Shown here piece after piece: positions 20,013 through 29,405 of a DNA stretch of 41,910 nt. Numbering within the stretch: position 1 is the stretch's first letter; each line of letters starts with the position of its first letter. A model generated the notes under the pieces. It saw nothing but the letters and a program-made list of their open reading frames with translations, ran no database searches and was not told the origin of the DNA. The translations under genes and the position numbers were made by a program. Source of the stretch: Planctomycetia bacterium. Lineage in GTDB: Bacteria > Planctomycetota > Planctomycetia > Pirellulales > UBA1268. The stretch spans positions 1 to 41,910 of the forward strand of contig JBKDUV010000043.1 in the NCBI GenBank assembly GCA_046339335.1, in the 5' to 3' direction.

Positions 20013-20501
20013 TCAGAGGGTGACCCCTCGGAGTCGCTCGACGTCGGCCTTGGTCCGCAGTTGCTTGAGGGCGGCGAGCGCCGCCTTGACCAGATTGACA
20101 GGATTGGTCGAGCCGTGGGCCTTGGAAAGCACGTCGCGGATGCCCGCCGATTCGCAGACGGCACGCACCGCGGCCCCGGCGATGATGCCCGTGCCCGGAC
20201 CGGCCGGCAGGAGCACGACCTTGGCGGTCTCATACCGGCCCTCGACCCGATGCGGGATCGTTCCTGCCTCCACCGGCACCTCGATCAGGTTCTTCATGCC
20301 GTCCTTGATCGCCTTCTCAACGGCAGGAGGCACTTCGTTGGCCTTGGCATAGCCACAGCCGACTTTGCCCCGACCGTTGCCGACGACGACGAGCCCCGCG
20401 AAACTGAACCTCCGCCCTCCCTTGACCACGGTGGCACAACGCCGCACTTTGACGACCTTTTCCGCGAATTCGCCCGAGCGGGTTTCTTTGCCGGTGGACA
20501 C
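20013..20501 (-). CDS. rpsE: 30S ribosomal protein S5
   Basis: ...VVKVRRCATVVKGGRRFSFAGLVVVGNGRGKVGCGYAKA... Confidence 0.95.
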   Translation of the reverse strand: MSTGKETRSGEFAEKVVKVRRCATVVKGGRRFSFAGLVVVGNGRGKVGCGYAKANEVPPAVEKAIKDGMKNLIEVPVEAGTIPHRVEGRYETAKVVLLPAGPGTGIIAGAAVRAVCESAGIRDVLSKAHGSTNPVNLVKAALAALKQLRTKADVERLRGVTL

Positions 20502-20543
20502 TGGTGACTGCCTCCGATGACGGTGTGACTGTTGCCGACGTGA

Positions 20544-20912
20544 CTAGAACTCGAGCCCAGCCGCCCGGGCCGCATCGGCCAGGGCCGCGACACGGCCGTG
20601 ATAGCGAAACGCTCCTCGGTCGAAGCAGACCTGCTTCACGCCCGCCGCGCGGGCCCGCTCGGCGACTGCCTTGCCGATGACCTCGGCCGCGTGCTTGTTG
20701 CCACCGAAGCCGACCTGGCCGCGGATCTGCTTGTCGAGCGAACTGGCCGAGGCCAGCGTCCGCCCCGTGGCGTCGTCGATGACCTGCGCGTAGATGTGCT
20801 TGTGGGTGCGAAACACCGAAAGCCGGGGCCGCTCCGCCGTGCCGCGGATCGTGCGCCTCACGCGATACTGGCGTCGCTCTCGTTGTCTCAGGATTGTCCG
20901 TGCATGGTCCAT
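20544..20912 (-). CDS. rplR: 50S ribosomal protein L18
   Basis: ...[20 protein letters not shown]...AAGLEF. Ends in TAG. Confidence 0.95.
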   Translation of the reverse strand: MDHARTILRQRERRQYRVRRTIRGTAERPRLSVFRTHKHIYAQVIDDATGRTLASASSLDKQIRGQVGFGGNKHAAEVIGKAVAERARAAGVKQVCFDRGAFRYHGRVAALADAARAAGLEF

Positions 20913-20952
20913 GTCGTGATCCTCGTGCGTGCCGACCGTCGGGAACGGGCCG

Positions 20953-21492
20953 TCACTTGGTGACCGCCTTGCCCGCCTTGCGGCGTACCTGTTCGTTTTC
21001 GTAGCGAATGCCCTTGCCCTTGTAAGGCTCGGGCTTCCTCAGGGCCCGCACCTCGGCGGCGAACTGCCCGACGAGTTGCTTGTCGATGCCCTTGATGTGG
21101 ACGTGCGTCTGGTCGGGGCAGGTCACCGTGAGCCCAGCCGGGATCTTGACCTGAAGTTCGTTGGCGAAGCCGACCCGCAACTGCAGCACGTCCTTTTGGA
21201 TGGCGGCGAGGTAGCCGACGCCGACGATTTCCAGTTTCTTCTCGTAACCCTTGGAAACGCCCTCGACCATGTTGGCTGCGAGCGCCCGCGTCAGGCCATG
21301 CACCGACCTGGCGAGACGGCCGTCCGACGACCGAGTGACCGTGATCTGCCCGGCGTCGACCGCGACGGTGACCGCCGGATGGAGCCGCTGCTCGAGCTTG
21401 CCGAGCGGGCCCTCGACCTTGAGCGCACCGGCCTCGATGGCCGCCTTGACGCCCTTCGGAATCGCCACCGGTGATTTGCCTATTCTCGACAT
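20953..21492 (-). CDS. rplF: 50S ribosomal protein L6
   Basis: [15 protein letters not shown]...[12 protein letters not shown]. Confidence 0.95.
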   Translation of the reverse strand: MSRIGKSPVAIPKGVKAAIEAGALKVEGPLGKLEQRLHPAVTVAVDAGQITVTRSSDGRLARSVHGLTRALAANMVEGVSKGYEKKLEIVGVGYLAAIQKDVLQLRVGFANELQVKIPAGLTVTCPDQTHVHIKGIDKQLVGQFAAEVRALRKPEPYKGKGIRYENEQVRRKAGKAVTK

Positions 21493-21538
21493 CGTCTCCG
21501 ACCTTTCCCGCGGCTGCTGCCGCGATCACCACACGCGA

Positions 21539-21934
21539 TCACCACAACTCCCAGAGCACTTCGCCGCCCAGTTTCCGCTGCCTGGCCTCGCGGTCGCTGA
21601 CCACGCCGCTCGACGTGGAGAGGATCGATATGCCGAGCCCGCCGAGAACGGGCCGCAGCCGCACCGACCGGCTGTACACCCGCCGACCGGGCGAACTCAC
21701 CCGTCGAATGTGCCGAATCAGCCGCTCGCCATTGGGCCCGTACTTCAGGTCCATCTGGATGTGCGGCACCGGGGCCGCCTCGACCTCGCGCCAGTCCCAG
21801 ATGAACCCCTCGCGCTTGAGCACTTCCGCCACGCCACGCTTCACCTTCGAACTCGGCACCTCTACGGTCGGCCGTTCGACGCGAACCGCATTGCGGATGC
21901 GGGTGAGCATGTCGGCGATGGGATCGGTCATCAT
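21539..21934 (-). CDS. rpsH: 30S ribosomal protein S8
   Basis: MMTDPIADMLTRIRNA... 131 aa. Confidence 0.95.
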   Translation of the reverse strand: MMTDPIADMLTRIRNAVRVERPTVEVPSSKVKRGVAEVLKREGFIWDWREVEAAPVPHIQMDLKYGPNGERLIRHIRRVSSPGRRVYSRSVRLRPVLGGLGISILSTSSGVVSDREARQRKLGGEVLWELW

Positions 21935-21980
21935 GTCAGAAGAACCCTCACGTGAACTCCGTCGGAATCGGGACGCCCGC

Positions 21981-22166
21981 CTACCAACTGGCCTTCTTCA
22001 CACCGGGAATACAGCCCTGATCGGCCAACTTGCGAAAACAAATGCGGCACATGCCGAACTTGCGGTACACCGCCCGAGGGCGGCCGCAGAGCATGCACCG
22101 CCGCACGACGCGGGTCGAGAACTTCGGCGGTCGTTTGGCGGCCGCGATCTTCGATTTGCTTGCCAT
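21981..22166 (-). CDS. rpsN: 30S ribosomal protein S14, short type-Z zinc form (61 aa)
   Basis: [22 protein letters not shown] (CxxC...CxxC), ending KASW. Confidence 0.93.
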   Translation of the reverse strand: MASKSKIAAAKRPPKFSTRVVRRCMLCGRPRAVYRKFGMCRICFRKLADQGCIPGVKKASW

Positions 22167-22234
22167 AAGTCGATCCAGTCAGCCCGTTGAAACCTGTCCG
22201 GCGCACCGTTCGCCGGTCATCCTCGGCACTGCCG

Positions 22235-22843
22235 CTACGCCGCGGCTCCTTCGTCGTCCTTCTTCAGCGGCAGCCCCATCGCCCGGAGAAACTCCCGGGC
22301 ATCGTCGTCGGAAGTCGCCGAAGTCACCAGCGTGATGTTCATGCCCTGAGGCCGCGTGAACTTGTCCGGATTGATCTCCGGGAAGACCATCTGTTCGGAA
22401 AGTCCGAGGCTGTAGTTGCCGTGACCGTCGAAGGCAGTGGCCGAGAGCCCGCGAAAGTCACGAACCCGCGGCAGCGCGAGCGATACGAGCCTGTCGAGGA
22501 ATTCGTACATCCTTCGACCGCGGAGCGTCACTTTGCAGCCGATCGGAAGGTTTTCCCGCAGCTTGAAGCCTGACACGGCCGCCTTCGACAGGGTGGCGAT
22601 CGGCTTTTGACCGGTCACCTGCGCGAGCGCGGTCATCGCCTCCTCGAGAAACTTCTTCTCGGTCACGGCCACGCCCACACCCATGTTGACCACGACCTTG
22701 ACGAGCCGCGGGATGGCATGCGGGTTGTCCTGGTTGAGCGTCTTGCCCAACTGCGGACGCACCGTCTTGACGTAATGCTCCCAAAGCCGCGGCACCGTCG
22801 CCGGCGCGACCGCCGCCCCTTCTTGCTTTACTTTCTTCGCCAT
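22235..22843 (-). CDS. rplE: 50S ribosomal protein L5
   Basis: ...IPRLVKVVVNMGVG...FDGHGNYSLGLSEQMVFPEI... Confidence 0.95.
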   Translation of the reverse strand: MAKKVKQEGAAVAPATVPRLWEHYVKTVRPQLGKTLNQDNPHAIPRLVKVVVNMGVGVAVTEKKFLEEAMTALAQVTGQKPIATLSKAAVSGFKLRENLPIGCKVTLRGRRMYEFLDRLVSLALPRVRDFRGLSATAFDGHGNYSLGLSEQMVFPEINPDKFTRPQGMNITLVTSATSDDDAREFLRAMGLPLKKDDEGAAA

Positions 22844-22894
22844 CGCATCAGTCCCTGTTTCGTTTCGTCAGCCGGGCAGCCCCGGCGACTTCCC

Positions 22895-23266
22895 TCACGC
22901 CTTGCCAGCCGCCGACTTGCCTTGCGGACGCCGCAGAACGCCCAGTTCCGCGCCGCAGGCCCGGCAAAAACGCACCTTCCCCCCGTCGGCCGACACCCGG
23001 GCGCCGAGTCGTGTCGCCTTGCCGCAGGCGGAGCAGACCACGAGGACATTCGAAGCGTCGATCGGGAGTTCCTTGCTGAGCCGGCCACTCTGTGGGTTTT
23101 TCTGGCTCCGCTTGATGTGCCGATACACGCGGTTGACTCCCTCGACGACGAGTCGCGGACCGCCACCGGTCGCCTTGGCAGGGCGGACCGCGAGCACCTT
23201 GCCGCGGACCCCACGCGAGTCGCCCGTCCTTACTTCGACGAGATCGCCGGACTTGATCAGCATCAC
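22895..23266 (-). CDS. rplX: 50S ribosomal protein L24 (uL24) carrying a CxxC-x19-CxxC motif
   Basis: KOW region ([24 protein letters not shown]) followed by [30 protein letters not shown]. The start is GTG 23266 or ATG 23263, overlapping the rplN stop. Confidence 0.9.
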   Translation of the reverse strand: MMLIKSGDLVEVRTGDSRGVRGKVLAVRPAKATGGGPRLVVEGVNRVYRHIKRSQKNPQSGRLSKELPIDASNVLVVCSACGKATRLGARVSADGGKVRFCRACGAELGVLRRPQGKSAAGKA

Positions 23267-23631
23267 ACCACCTCGCTCGCCAGGCTGACGATTTTCATGA
23301 AGTTGCGATCCCGCAACTCACGGGCCACGGCACCGAAGATGCGCGTGCCCTTGGGATTCTTTTCGTTGTCGATGATCACGCAGGCGTTCGTGTCGAACCG
23401 GACGTAACTGCCGTCGGTGCGCCGTGCCGGCTTCTTGCACCGCACCACGACCGCCTTCACGACCGCCTTCTTCTTCACGTCACTGCCGGGGATGACGCTC
23501 TTGACGCTGCAGACGATGATGTCGCCCAGCCCCGCGGTGCGCTTCCGGCTTCCGCCGAGCACCTTGAAGCACATCACTTCCTTCGCCCCGGTGTTGTCCG
23601 CGACCACGAGCCGCGTCTGCATCTGAATCAT
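23263..23631 (-). CDS. rplN: 50S ribosomal protein L14
   Basis: [28 protein letters not shown]... 122 aa. ATG 23631 overlaps the rpsQ stop as ATGA. Confidence 0.95.
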   Translation of the reverse strand: MIQMQTRLVVADNTGAKEVMCFKVLGGSRKRTAGLGDIIVCSVKSVIPGSDVKKKAVVKAVVVRCKKPARRTDGSYVRFDTNACVIIDNEKNPKGTRIFGAVARELRDRNFMKIVSLASEVV

Positions 23632-23984
23632 GTCGTCCGTCCTTCCGCCGCTCCGGTCGCCGCGGCATCCTCGACCTGTGCCGACTTCTCCTTGATCGCC
23701 GTGGCCCGGGCCCCGCTCCGCAGCGATGCCACGTCGACCGCCGTGCTCTTGGAGACCACCCGCACCAATTCCCAACGCTTCAGCCGGCTCCGCGGCCGGC
23801 ACTCGATGATTTCCACCAAGTCACCCGGGCCGGACTCTTCTTTCTCGTCATGGACGTGACAGATGGTCCGCCGATGCTGGATGCGGCCGTATTTATGGTG
23901 CCGAACGACCCGCGGGATCTCCACCCGCCGCGTCTTGGCAGCAGCCGCACTGGTCACCGTTCCGGTTTCAACTCGCCTGGGCAT
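23628..23984 (-). CDS. rpsQ: 30S ribosomal protein S17, with a C-terminal extension of about 34 aa
   Basis: ...[67 protein letters not shown]... Confidence 0.92.
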   Translation of the reverse strand: MPRRVETGTVTSAAAAKTRRVEIPRVVRHHKYGRIQHRRTICHVHDEKEESGPGDLVEIIECRPRSRLKRWELVRVVSKSTAVDVASLRSGARATAIKEKSAQVEDAAATGAAEGRTT

Positions 23985-24027
23985 TCGTCACTCTCCGCTT
24001 CAGGGCCGATCGGGCCCCGGCCTGGTC

Positions 24028-24053
24028 TATTTTCCGCTCTTATTTTCCGCTCT
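24028..24053 (-). repeat. perfect 13-bp tandem duplication straddling the rpmC stop codon
   Basis: TATTTTCCGCTCT x2. The TAA stop (24042-24040) is formed across the junction. Confidence 0.9.
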
Positions 24054-24405
24054 GGGTCCGGTTGCGGAACGTCCGCCGGGAAGCCACACCCCCCTTGCCG
24101 GCCGCTCGCACCTTGGCACGCCCGCTGGCCCTTGGCCGCCGCGCATGCTTCTCATGCTGGGGATTTTCCGCGGCATCAGCCGCAGACGCAGAATCAGCCG
24201 CACCACCGCCGGCCAGCACGCCGCGTTCGGCGAGAATGGTCTGGCAGCGGGCTATGGTCCGCCTGTTCTTGCGAAGGTCCGAGGGGGCGGCGATCTTCTC
24301 GGTTTGCGCCTGGATGCGCAGCCGGAAAAGCTTCTCGGCAGCGTCCTTCCAGACGAGCCGGATCTGCTCGTCGGCCATCTCTCTGAGTTCACGCACTTTC
24401 GTCAC
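24040..24405 (-). CDS. rpmC: 50S ribosomal protein L29, with a basic and Ala-rich C-terminal extension of about 55 aa
   Basis: MTKVRELREMADEQIRLVWKDAAEKLFRLRIQAQTEKIAAPSDLRKNRRTIARCQTIL, followed by the tail. Confidence 0.9.
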   Translation of the reverse strand: MTKVRELREMADEQIRLVWKDAAEKLFRLRIQAQTEKIAAPSDLRKNRRTIARCQTILAERGVLAGGGAADSASAADAAENPQHEKHARRPRASGRAKVRAAGKGGVASRRTFRNRTQSGK

Positions 24406-24440
24406 GGTTCGGCTTCCTCGCTCGTTTCACCAGCACCTGC

Positions 24441-24857
24441 TCACATCACCCGCCGCTTCACGAATCGAACCCGGAGCGGCATCTTGTGGGCCAGACGCGC
24501 CATGCACACCCGCGCCGCCTCTTCCGTCACTCCGCCGATCTCGTAGAGGATCATTCCCGGCTTGATGACCGCTGCCCAGTACTCAGGCTCGCCCTTGCCT
24601 TTGCCCATTCGTGTTTCCAGCGGGATCGAGGTGATCGACTTGTGCGGGAACACGCGCACGAACAGCCGTCCCTCCGTGCGGAGGTACTGCTGGGCTGCGA
24701 TCCGCCCCGCTTCGATCGTCGCGGCGGGAAGCCACCCCGGCTGCTCGGCCTGGAGGCCGAAGTCGCCGAAGACGACCCGATTGCCGCGCGAGGCATCACC
24801 TCTTATACGACCTCTTTGGCTTTTTCGGTGCTTGACCCTCTTGGGCATCAGCGCCAT
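24441..24857 (-). CDS. rplP: 50S ribosomal protein L16
   Basis: MALMPKRVKHRKSQRG... ATG 24857 lies 7 nt after GAGGAG. It overlaps the rpsC 3' end by 62 nt. Confidence 0.93.
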   Translation of the reverse strand: MALMPKRVKHRKSQRGRIRGDASRGNRVVFGDFGLQAEQPGWLPAATIEAGRIAAQQYLRTEGRLFVRVFPHKSITSIPLETRMGKGKGEPEYWAAVIKPGMILYEIGGVTEEAARVCMARLAHKMPLRVRFVKRRVM

Positions 24858-25491
24858 CGCCAGTCTCCTCGTACATGCCTTGGTTCACCCAAACCTGAAC
24901 ACCAATGTTGCCTTGCGCGGTCGGAGCCTCGCAGAAGCCGTAGTCGATCTTGGCCCGGAGCGTCGACAGTGGCATCGAGCCGGCGATCGCCTTCTCGCAC
25001 CGCGACATCTCGGCCCCGCCGAGCCGGCCAGCCAACTGGATCTTGACCCCCTTGGCCCCCGCATCCATGGTCGTGTCGAGGGCCCGCTTCAACGTCCGCC
25101 GGAACGCCGCCCGCTTCGTCAACTGGTCGGCGATGTCCTCGGCGATCAGCTGCGCCTGGATTTCCGGCCGACCGACCTCCTCGACCTTGAGATTCACCCG
25201 CCTGCCGAGGAGTTCCTGAAGCTCGCCCTGAAGCCTGTCGACCTCCTGCCCCTTGCGACCGATGATCGCACCGGGGCGGGCCGAGTGGAGGATCACCTTG
25301 ACCTCGTCCCGCGTGCGCTCGATCTCGACCTTGGGGATCGCCGCCGCCCGGTACTTGGTCTTGAGGAACTTCCGCACCCGGATGTCCTCCATCAACAGGT
25401 CTCGAAAATCCTTCTTGGAGGCGTACCACCTGCTCTTCCAGGGCTCGGTGATCCCGGTGCGAAATCCGACGGGATGGACTTTTTGACCCAT
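24796..25491 (-). CDS. rpsC: 30S ribosomal protein S3
   Basis: MGQKVHPVGFRTGI... KH and S3-C domains. The preferred start is ATG 25491. The track start at 25500 is a GTG three codons upstream. Confidence 0.93.
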   Translation of the reverse strand: MGQKVHPVGFRTGITEPWKSRWYASKKDFRDLLMEDIRVRKFLKTKYRAAAIPKVEIERTRDEVKVILHSARPGAIIGRKGQEVDRLQGELQELLGRRVNLKVEEVGRPEIQAQLIAEDIADQLTKRAAFRRTLKRALDTTMDAGAKGVKIQLAGRLGGAEMSRCEKAIAGSMPLSTLRAKIDYGFCEAPTAQGNIGVQVWVNQGMYEETGDGADAQEGQAPKKPKRSYKR

Positions 25492-25501
25492 GTTCTTCAC
25501 C

Positions 25502-25852
25502 TCACTCCGCTTCGGCTACGACGACGGTGTCGAGCGCCACCTTGATGTGCGACATCCGCCGCTTGATGCCAAACGCCATACCACGGGCGCGGGGGCGGAT
25601 CCGCTTGAACATCGGCCCCTCGTCGATTCGGGCATCCACGACCACCAGATCGTCCAGCCCGGAAGCCTGCTGCTGCTCCGCATTGCCAAGAGCGCTGCGA
25701 ATAACCTTCTCCAGCATCCGCGCCCCGCGATGGGGCTGAAAACGCAGGATGTCCAGCGCCTCGTCCGCGAACTTGCCGCGCACCAGATCCGCCAGGGCCC
25801 GCACCTTGCGGGCACTGATCCGGGCGTATTTGTGACTTGCCTTGTATGCCAT
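25502..25852 (-). CDS. rplV: 50S ribosomal protein L22
   Basis: MAYKASHKYARISARKVRALADLVRGK... ATG 25852. The upstream 47 aa of the track ORF are rejected. Confidence 0.93.
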   Translation of the reverse strand: MAYKASHKYARISARKVRALADLVRGKFADEALDILRFQPHRGARMLEKVIRSALGNAEQQQASGLDDLVVVDARIDEGPMFKRIRPRARGMAFGIKRRMSHIKVALDTVVVAEAE

Positions 25853-25913
25853 GATGTCCCTCGATCGATTCGCCTCGATCGTACCCTGCGGCCCGCAGCG
25901 GAGCCGCCGCCGC

Positions 25914-26213
25914 TCAGCCCTTGCCTCCAGCCGCCGGCGTGGCGGCCTCCTTGACCTTTCCGCCGTGCCCGCGGAACGTCCGCGTCGGGGCAAACTCGCC
26001 GAGCTTGTGTCCCACCATGTCCTCGGTGACGAACACCTTCACGTGCTGCTTGCCGTTGTGGACCATGAACGTCAGGCCGATGAACTCCGGCACGATCGTG
26101 CAGGACCGGGACCACGTCTTGATCGGATCGCGCTTGCCCGACGAAAGCTGCGCCTCCACCTTCTCGAAGACCCGCGGGTCGATGTAGGGCCCTTTTTTGG
26201 AACTGCGTCCCAT
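25914..26213 (-). CDS. rpsS: 30S ribosomal protein S19
   Basis: [15 protein letters not shown]...[18 protein letters not shown]. Confidence 0.95.
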   Translation of the reverse strand: MGRSSKKGPYIDPRVFEKVEAQLSSGKRDPIKTWSRSCTIVPEFIGLTFMVHNGKQHVKVFVTEDMVGHKLGEFAPTRTFRGHGGKVKEAATPAAGGKG

Positions 26214-26219
26214 GTCCTG

Positions 26220-27077
26220 TTACCTCAACTTCAGCTGGCCGTAGCGACGACTCTTCCGCCGCCGCAGGATCGCGGCACCCGAGGGCTTGCGGGGCTTCCG
26301 CGTGCCCCCGCCCTTGGCGCTCTTCCCGGTGGGGCTGACGGGATGCCGCCCCCCCTTGGTTCTTCCCTCACCGCCACCGTGCGGATGATCGATCGGATTC
26401 ATCGCGGTGCCGCGGACATGGGGGCGGACGCCCATCCAGCGCGTGCGGCCCGCCTTGCCCAGACGGACGTTCATGTGGTCCGCGTTGCCGATCGCACCGA
26501 TCGTCGCCCGGCAGGCAGCCGGGACGCGGCGGATCTCACCTGATGGCAGCGTGAGCTGCGCCCACTGCGCCTCACGGGCGACCAGCACCGCCGAGGAACC
26601 GGCGGAGCGACAGAGCCTGCCCCCCCGCCCCGCCTGGAGTTCGATGTTGTGGATCTGCATGCCGAGGGGAATCGCCGCCATTGGCAGGCAGTTTCCGACC
26701 TCGGGCGGGGCCGCCTCGCCACTCGACACCGTCGCACCAACCGCGAGCCCCTCGGGCGCGAGAATGAACCGTTTCTCGCCGTCGGCGTAGCAGACCAGCG
26801 CCACGCGGCAGGTGCGGTTCGGATCGTACTGGATCGACTCCACCTTCCCCGGAATTCCGTCCTTGTTGCGCCGGAAGTCGATCAAACGGTAGTGCTGCAT
26901 GTGCCCGCCGCCCCGATGGCGGGCCGTGATCTTGCCCTGGTTGTTGCGACCGCCCGTCTTCCGCTTTCTGAGCCGTAGCCCCTTCGGCGCGGAGGCACCG
27001 GGCGTGAGTTCGGCGAAGTCGGAGACGCTGGCGCCACGGCGACCGGGGCTCGTCGGATTGTAGGTGCGAATTCCCAT
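26220..27077 (-). CDS. rplB: 50S ribosomal protein L2
   Basis: [15 protein letters not shown]...[17 protein letters not shown]. Confidence 0.95.
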   Translation of the reverse strand: MGIRTYNPTSPGRRGASVSDFAELTPGASAPKGLRLRKRKTGGRNNQGKITARHRGGGHMQHYRLIDFRRNKDGIPGKVESIQYDPNRTCRVALVCYADGEKRFILAPEGLAVGATVSSGEAAPPEVGNCLPMAAIPLGMQIHNIELQAGRGGRLCRSAGSSAVLVAREAQWAQLTLPSGEIRRVPAACRATIGAIGNADHMNVRLGKAGRTRWMGVRPHVRGTAMNPIDHPHGGGEGRTKGGRHPVSPTGKSAKGGGTRKPRKPSGAAILRRRKSRRYGQLKLR

Positions 27078-27102
27078 GATCGTGATCCCCGCCCACGGCG
27101 GC

Positions 27103-27423
27103 CTAGAACAGGTTGATCTTGAACTCCGGCTTCAGCGTCACGACGGCCTTTTTCCAGGCCTTGGCACTGGTTCGTCGCATCCGACTGCGGCGCGCCTTGC
27201 CGACACGGTTCTGGACGGCGATCTTTTCAACACGGACGTTGAACATCTCTTCCACCGCCCGGCGAATGTCGGCCTTGGTCGCCGCCGAAACGACCTCGAA
27301 CGAATAGGCGTTGTGCCGGGTGGCGCGGTGCATCCCCTTCTCGGTGATCAACGGCCTGACGATCACCTGATGAGGAGCGATATGCGGATTCAGCACCGGC
27401 GATGGAGGGACTGGTACGGCCAT
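27103..27423 (-). CDS. rplW: 50S ribosomal protein L23
   Basis: ATG 27423. ...[11 protein letters not shown]...YSFEV...KKAVVTL. Confidence 0.92.
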   Translation of the reverse strand: MAVPVPPSPVLNPHIAPHQVIVRPLITEKGMHRATRHNAYSFEVVSAATKADIRRAVEEMFNVRVEKIAVQNRVGKARRSRMRRTSAKAWKKAVVTLKPEFKINLF

Positions 27424-27428
27424 CGTTG

Positions 27429-28139
27429 CTACGCCTCCTTCTTCGCGGTGCGGCGACCGGTCGCCCGCCCAGACGTCTTTCGCGGCTTCGCTGCCGTCGT
27501 CTTCGTGGCGGCCTTGGCCTTGACCCTGGCCCGGAAGGCATCGATTGCCGCCGTGGTCATGACGATCGACTTCGGCCGCAGAATCGTCCACGCGTTGAGT
27601 TCGGCGACCGGCGCCACCGAGACGCCGGCGATGTTCCTGGCACTCTTCCAGACATTCGCGTCGTGGGAGTCGGCAGCAAGCAGCACCGTCTGCTCACCCA
27701 GGCCGAGTGAGGCCAGCATGCGGGCCACGACCGCCGTCTTCGGCGCCGCGACCGCCAGCCGATCCACCAGCTTCACCTCGTCGTCGGCGAGCCGGGACGC
27801 AAGCGCCATGCGGGTCGCCGCCTGCAGCGACTTCCGCGGCATGCGCCAGCCGAAATCCCGCGGCCGCTTTGCGAAAATGTGGCCGCCGCCCCGGCGCGTT
27901 CCGCTGCGCCGCGCACCGGCACGAGCATTGCCCGTGCCCTTCTGGCGGTACAAATTCCGGGTTGACCCGGCGACCTCGCCCCGAGTCTTCGTCTTTTGAG
28001 TCCCCTGACGAAGATTGGCCTGATACATCACGATCGCGTCGTGAAGGAGTTGCTTGCTCACCGCAGGCGCGAGTTCCTTTGGGTCGATTTCGTAAGACCC
28101 GACCTGCTTGCCTGACATGTCGTAGACGGCGAGGTTCAC
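27429..28139 (-). CDS. rplD: 50S ribosomal protein L4, with a Lys/Ala-rich C-terminal tail
   Basis: GTG 28139 overlaps the rplC TGA (GTGA). (V/M)[12 protein letters not shown]...YRQKGTGNARAGARRSGTRRGGG. Confidence 0.9.
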   Translation of the reverse strand: MNLAVYDMSGKQVGSYEIDPKELAPAVSKQLLHDAIVMYQANLRQGTQKTKTRGEVAGSTRNLYRQKGTGNARAGARRSGTRRGGGHIFAKRPRDFGWRMPRKSLQAATRMALASRLADDEVKLVDRLAVAAPKTAVVARMLASLGLGEQTVLLAADSHDANVWKSARNIAGVSVAPVAELNAWTILRPKSIVMTTAAIDAFRARVKAKAATKTTAAKPRKTSGRATGRRTAKKEA

Positions 28140-28891
28140 TTGGCACCAGCCTTCTTCTTGCCGGCCGGAGCAGCCGCCCCGACCCGCTTGATCTTGTTCG
28201 TCTGCATCACCGTCACGAAGGTGCCATTGGCACCCGGCACGGCACCACGGACGAGGAGCAGGTTTCGCTCCTTGTCGATGCCGACCAGCCTCAGATTCCG
28301 CATCGTGGACCGCTCGTTTCCATACCGCCCAGCCATCCGCTTTCCCTTGAACACGCGGGCCGGGGAGGTGTTCATGCTCGTGCCGCCCTGATGGCGATGC
28401 ACCTTCTTGACGCCGTGGCTGGCCCGCTGCCCCTTGAAGCCGTGCCTCTTCATCACGCCGGCGGTGCCCCGCCCCTTCGTGGTACCGGTGACGTCGACGC
28501 AATCGACGGGGTCGAACAGATCGACCGTAAACACCTGGCCGACCTGGGCCGCGTCATAGACGCCGCGAAACTCCCGCACGAACCGTTTTGGCTCGCAATC
28601 CGCCTTGGCCGCACCCCCGCCCGGCCGGGCCTTCGACCGCTTGCCGTCGAGCTTCGCCACCTGCCCGCGGACAGACCGGCTGACGAGCCGGCGCGGCTTG
28701 TCCAGAAACCCGATCTGAATGGCGGCATAGCCATCGCGATCGGGCGTGCGAACCAGGGTCACGGGGCATGGGCCGGCCTCGATCACGGTGACGGGGACCA
28801 CCCCTCCGTCAGCGGCAAAAATCTGGGTCATGCCGACCTTGCGGCCAAGCAGGCCCTTGCGGCCCGCAGTGTGTTGGATATTCCCAGCCAT
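28136..28891 (-). CDS. rplC: 50S ribosomal protein L3
   Basis: ...[13 protein letters not shown]...[17 protein letters not shown]... Confidence 0.95.
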   Translation of the reverse strand: MAGNIQHTAGRKGLLGRKVGMTQIFAADGGVVPVTVIEAGPCPVTLVRTPDRDGYAAIQIGFLDKPRRLVSRSVRGQVAKLDGKRSKARPGGGAAKADCEPKRFVREFRGVYDAAQVGQVFTVDLFDPVDCVDVTGTTKGRGTAGVMKRHGFKGQRASHGVKKVHRHQGGTSMNTSPARVFKGKRMAGRYGNERSTMRNLRLVGIDKERNLLLVRGAVPGANGTFVTVMQTNKIKRVGAAAPAGKKKAGAK

Positions 28892-28983
28892 GTTTCACCG
28901 CCGTCGAGGCGAAGACAGCCAACCGGCCGGCCGAAGCCATGCCAATCGCCTGCCATCCTCGCGATCACGCTCGAAGCCGTCGG

Positions 28984-29061
28984 CTGCAGGAGCACCGGAA
29001 CACCGTTCCAGCCTTACCCGCAACGCCTTCCAAGCATGCCGTGCCGTGCGCTCCTGTGCAG
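28984..29061 (-). other. predicted structured RNA segment inside the 187-nt rpsJ-rplC spacer
   Basis: Long-range complementarity between CTGCAGGAGCACC (28984-28996) and GTGCGCTCCTGTGCAG (29046-29061) gives 14 bp with two 1-nt bulges. It encloses the hairpin GGAAC-ACC-GTTCC (28997-29009). Confidence 0.35.
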
Positions 29062-29078
29062 AGAAAGGGGATCCTGAA

Positions 29079-29405
29079 CTACCGTGACGACGCCTTGATC
29101 TTGATGTCCACACCGGCGGGCAGGCTGAGTTTGTTCAGCGCCTCGATCGTCTTGGCGGTCGCCTGGACGATGTCGATCACCCGCTTGTGGGTCCGAATTT
29201 CGTACTGCTGCCGGGCCTTCTTGTCGATGTGCGGACTGGAGAGGACGGTGTACCGCTCGATCCGAGTGGGGAGCGGAATCGGACCGTGTACCTCGGAATT
29301 CGTCCGCTTGGCGGTGTCGACGATCTCGGCGGCGCTCTGGTCGAGCACGACGTGGTCGTACGCCTCCATGCGAATGCGAATGATCTCTTGTGTCGGACCG
29401 GCCAA
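29079..29405 (-). CDS. rpsJ: 30S ribosomal protein S10
   Basis: TTG start at 29405, 7 nt after GGAG. (M)[34 protein letters not shown]...GPIPLPT. The longer track ORF to 29492 is rejected. Confidence 0.92.
   Translation of the reverse strand: MAGPTQEIIRIRMEAYDHVVLDQSAAEIVDTAKRTNSEVHGPIPLPTRIERYTVLSSPHIDKKARQQYEIRTHKRVIDIVQATAKTIEALNKLSLPAGVDIKIKASSR

Noticed and set aside
20544-20546. Genome-wide reassignment of TAG to a sense codon, or pyrrolysine, as the explanation for the in-frame ambers.
   Set aside because: TAG ends L18, S14, L5, L23, L4, S10, ArgRS, PckA and the MATE protein at their canonical C-termini. There are no pyl genes, no tRNA(CUA) and no PYLIS-like structure in the window. 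Only local or leaky read-through, or error, remains possible.
27429-28502. 357-aa version of L4, and the extended versions of L23, L22, L14 and S10 in the ORF track.
   Set aside because: The N-terminal extensions overlap the preceding r-protein genes and are Arg/Gly-rich. Canonical N-termini appear at internal ATG, GTG or TTG codons with SD sequences or stop-start overlaps.
28895-29113. 72-aa minus ORF, and other small ORFs, in the rpsJ-rplC spacer.
   Set aside because: The composition is Arg/Ser-rich, there is no SD, and it overlaps the rpsJ 3' end. It is more likely untranslated structured RNA.
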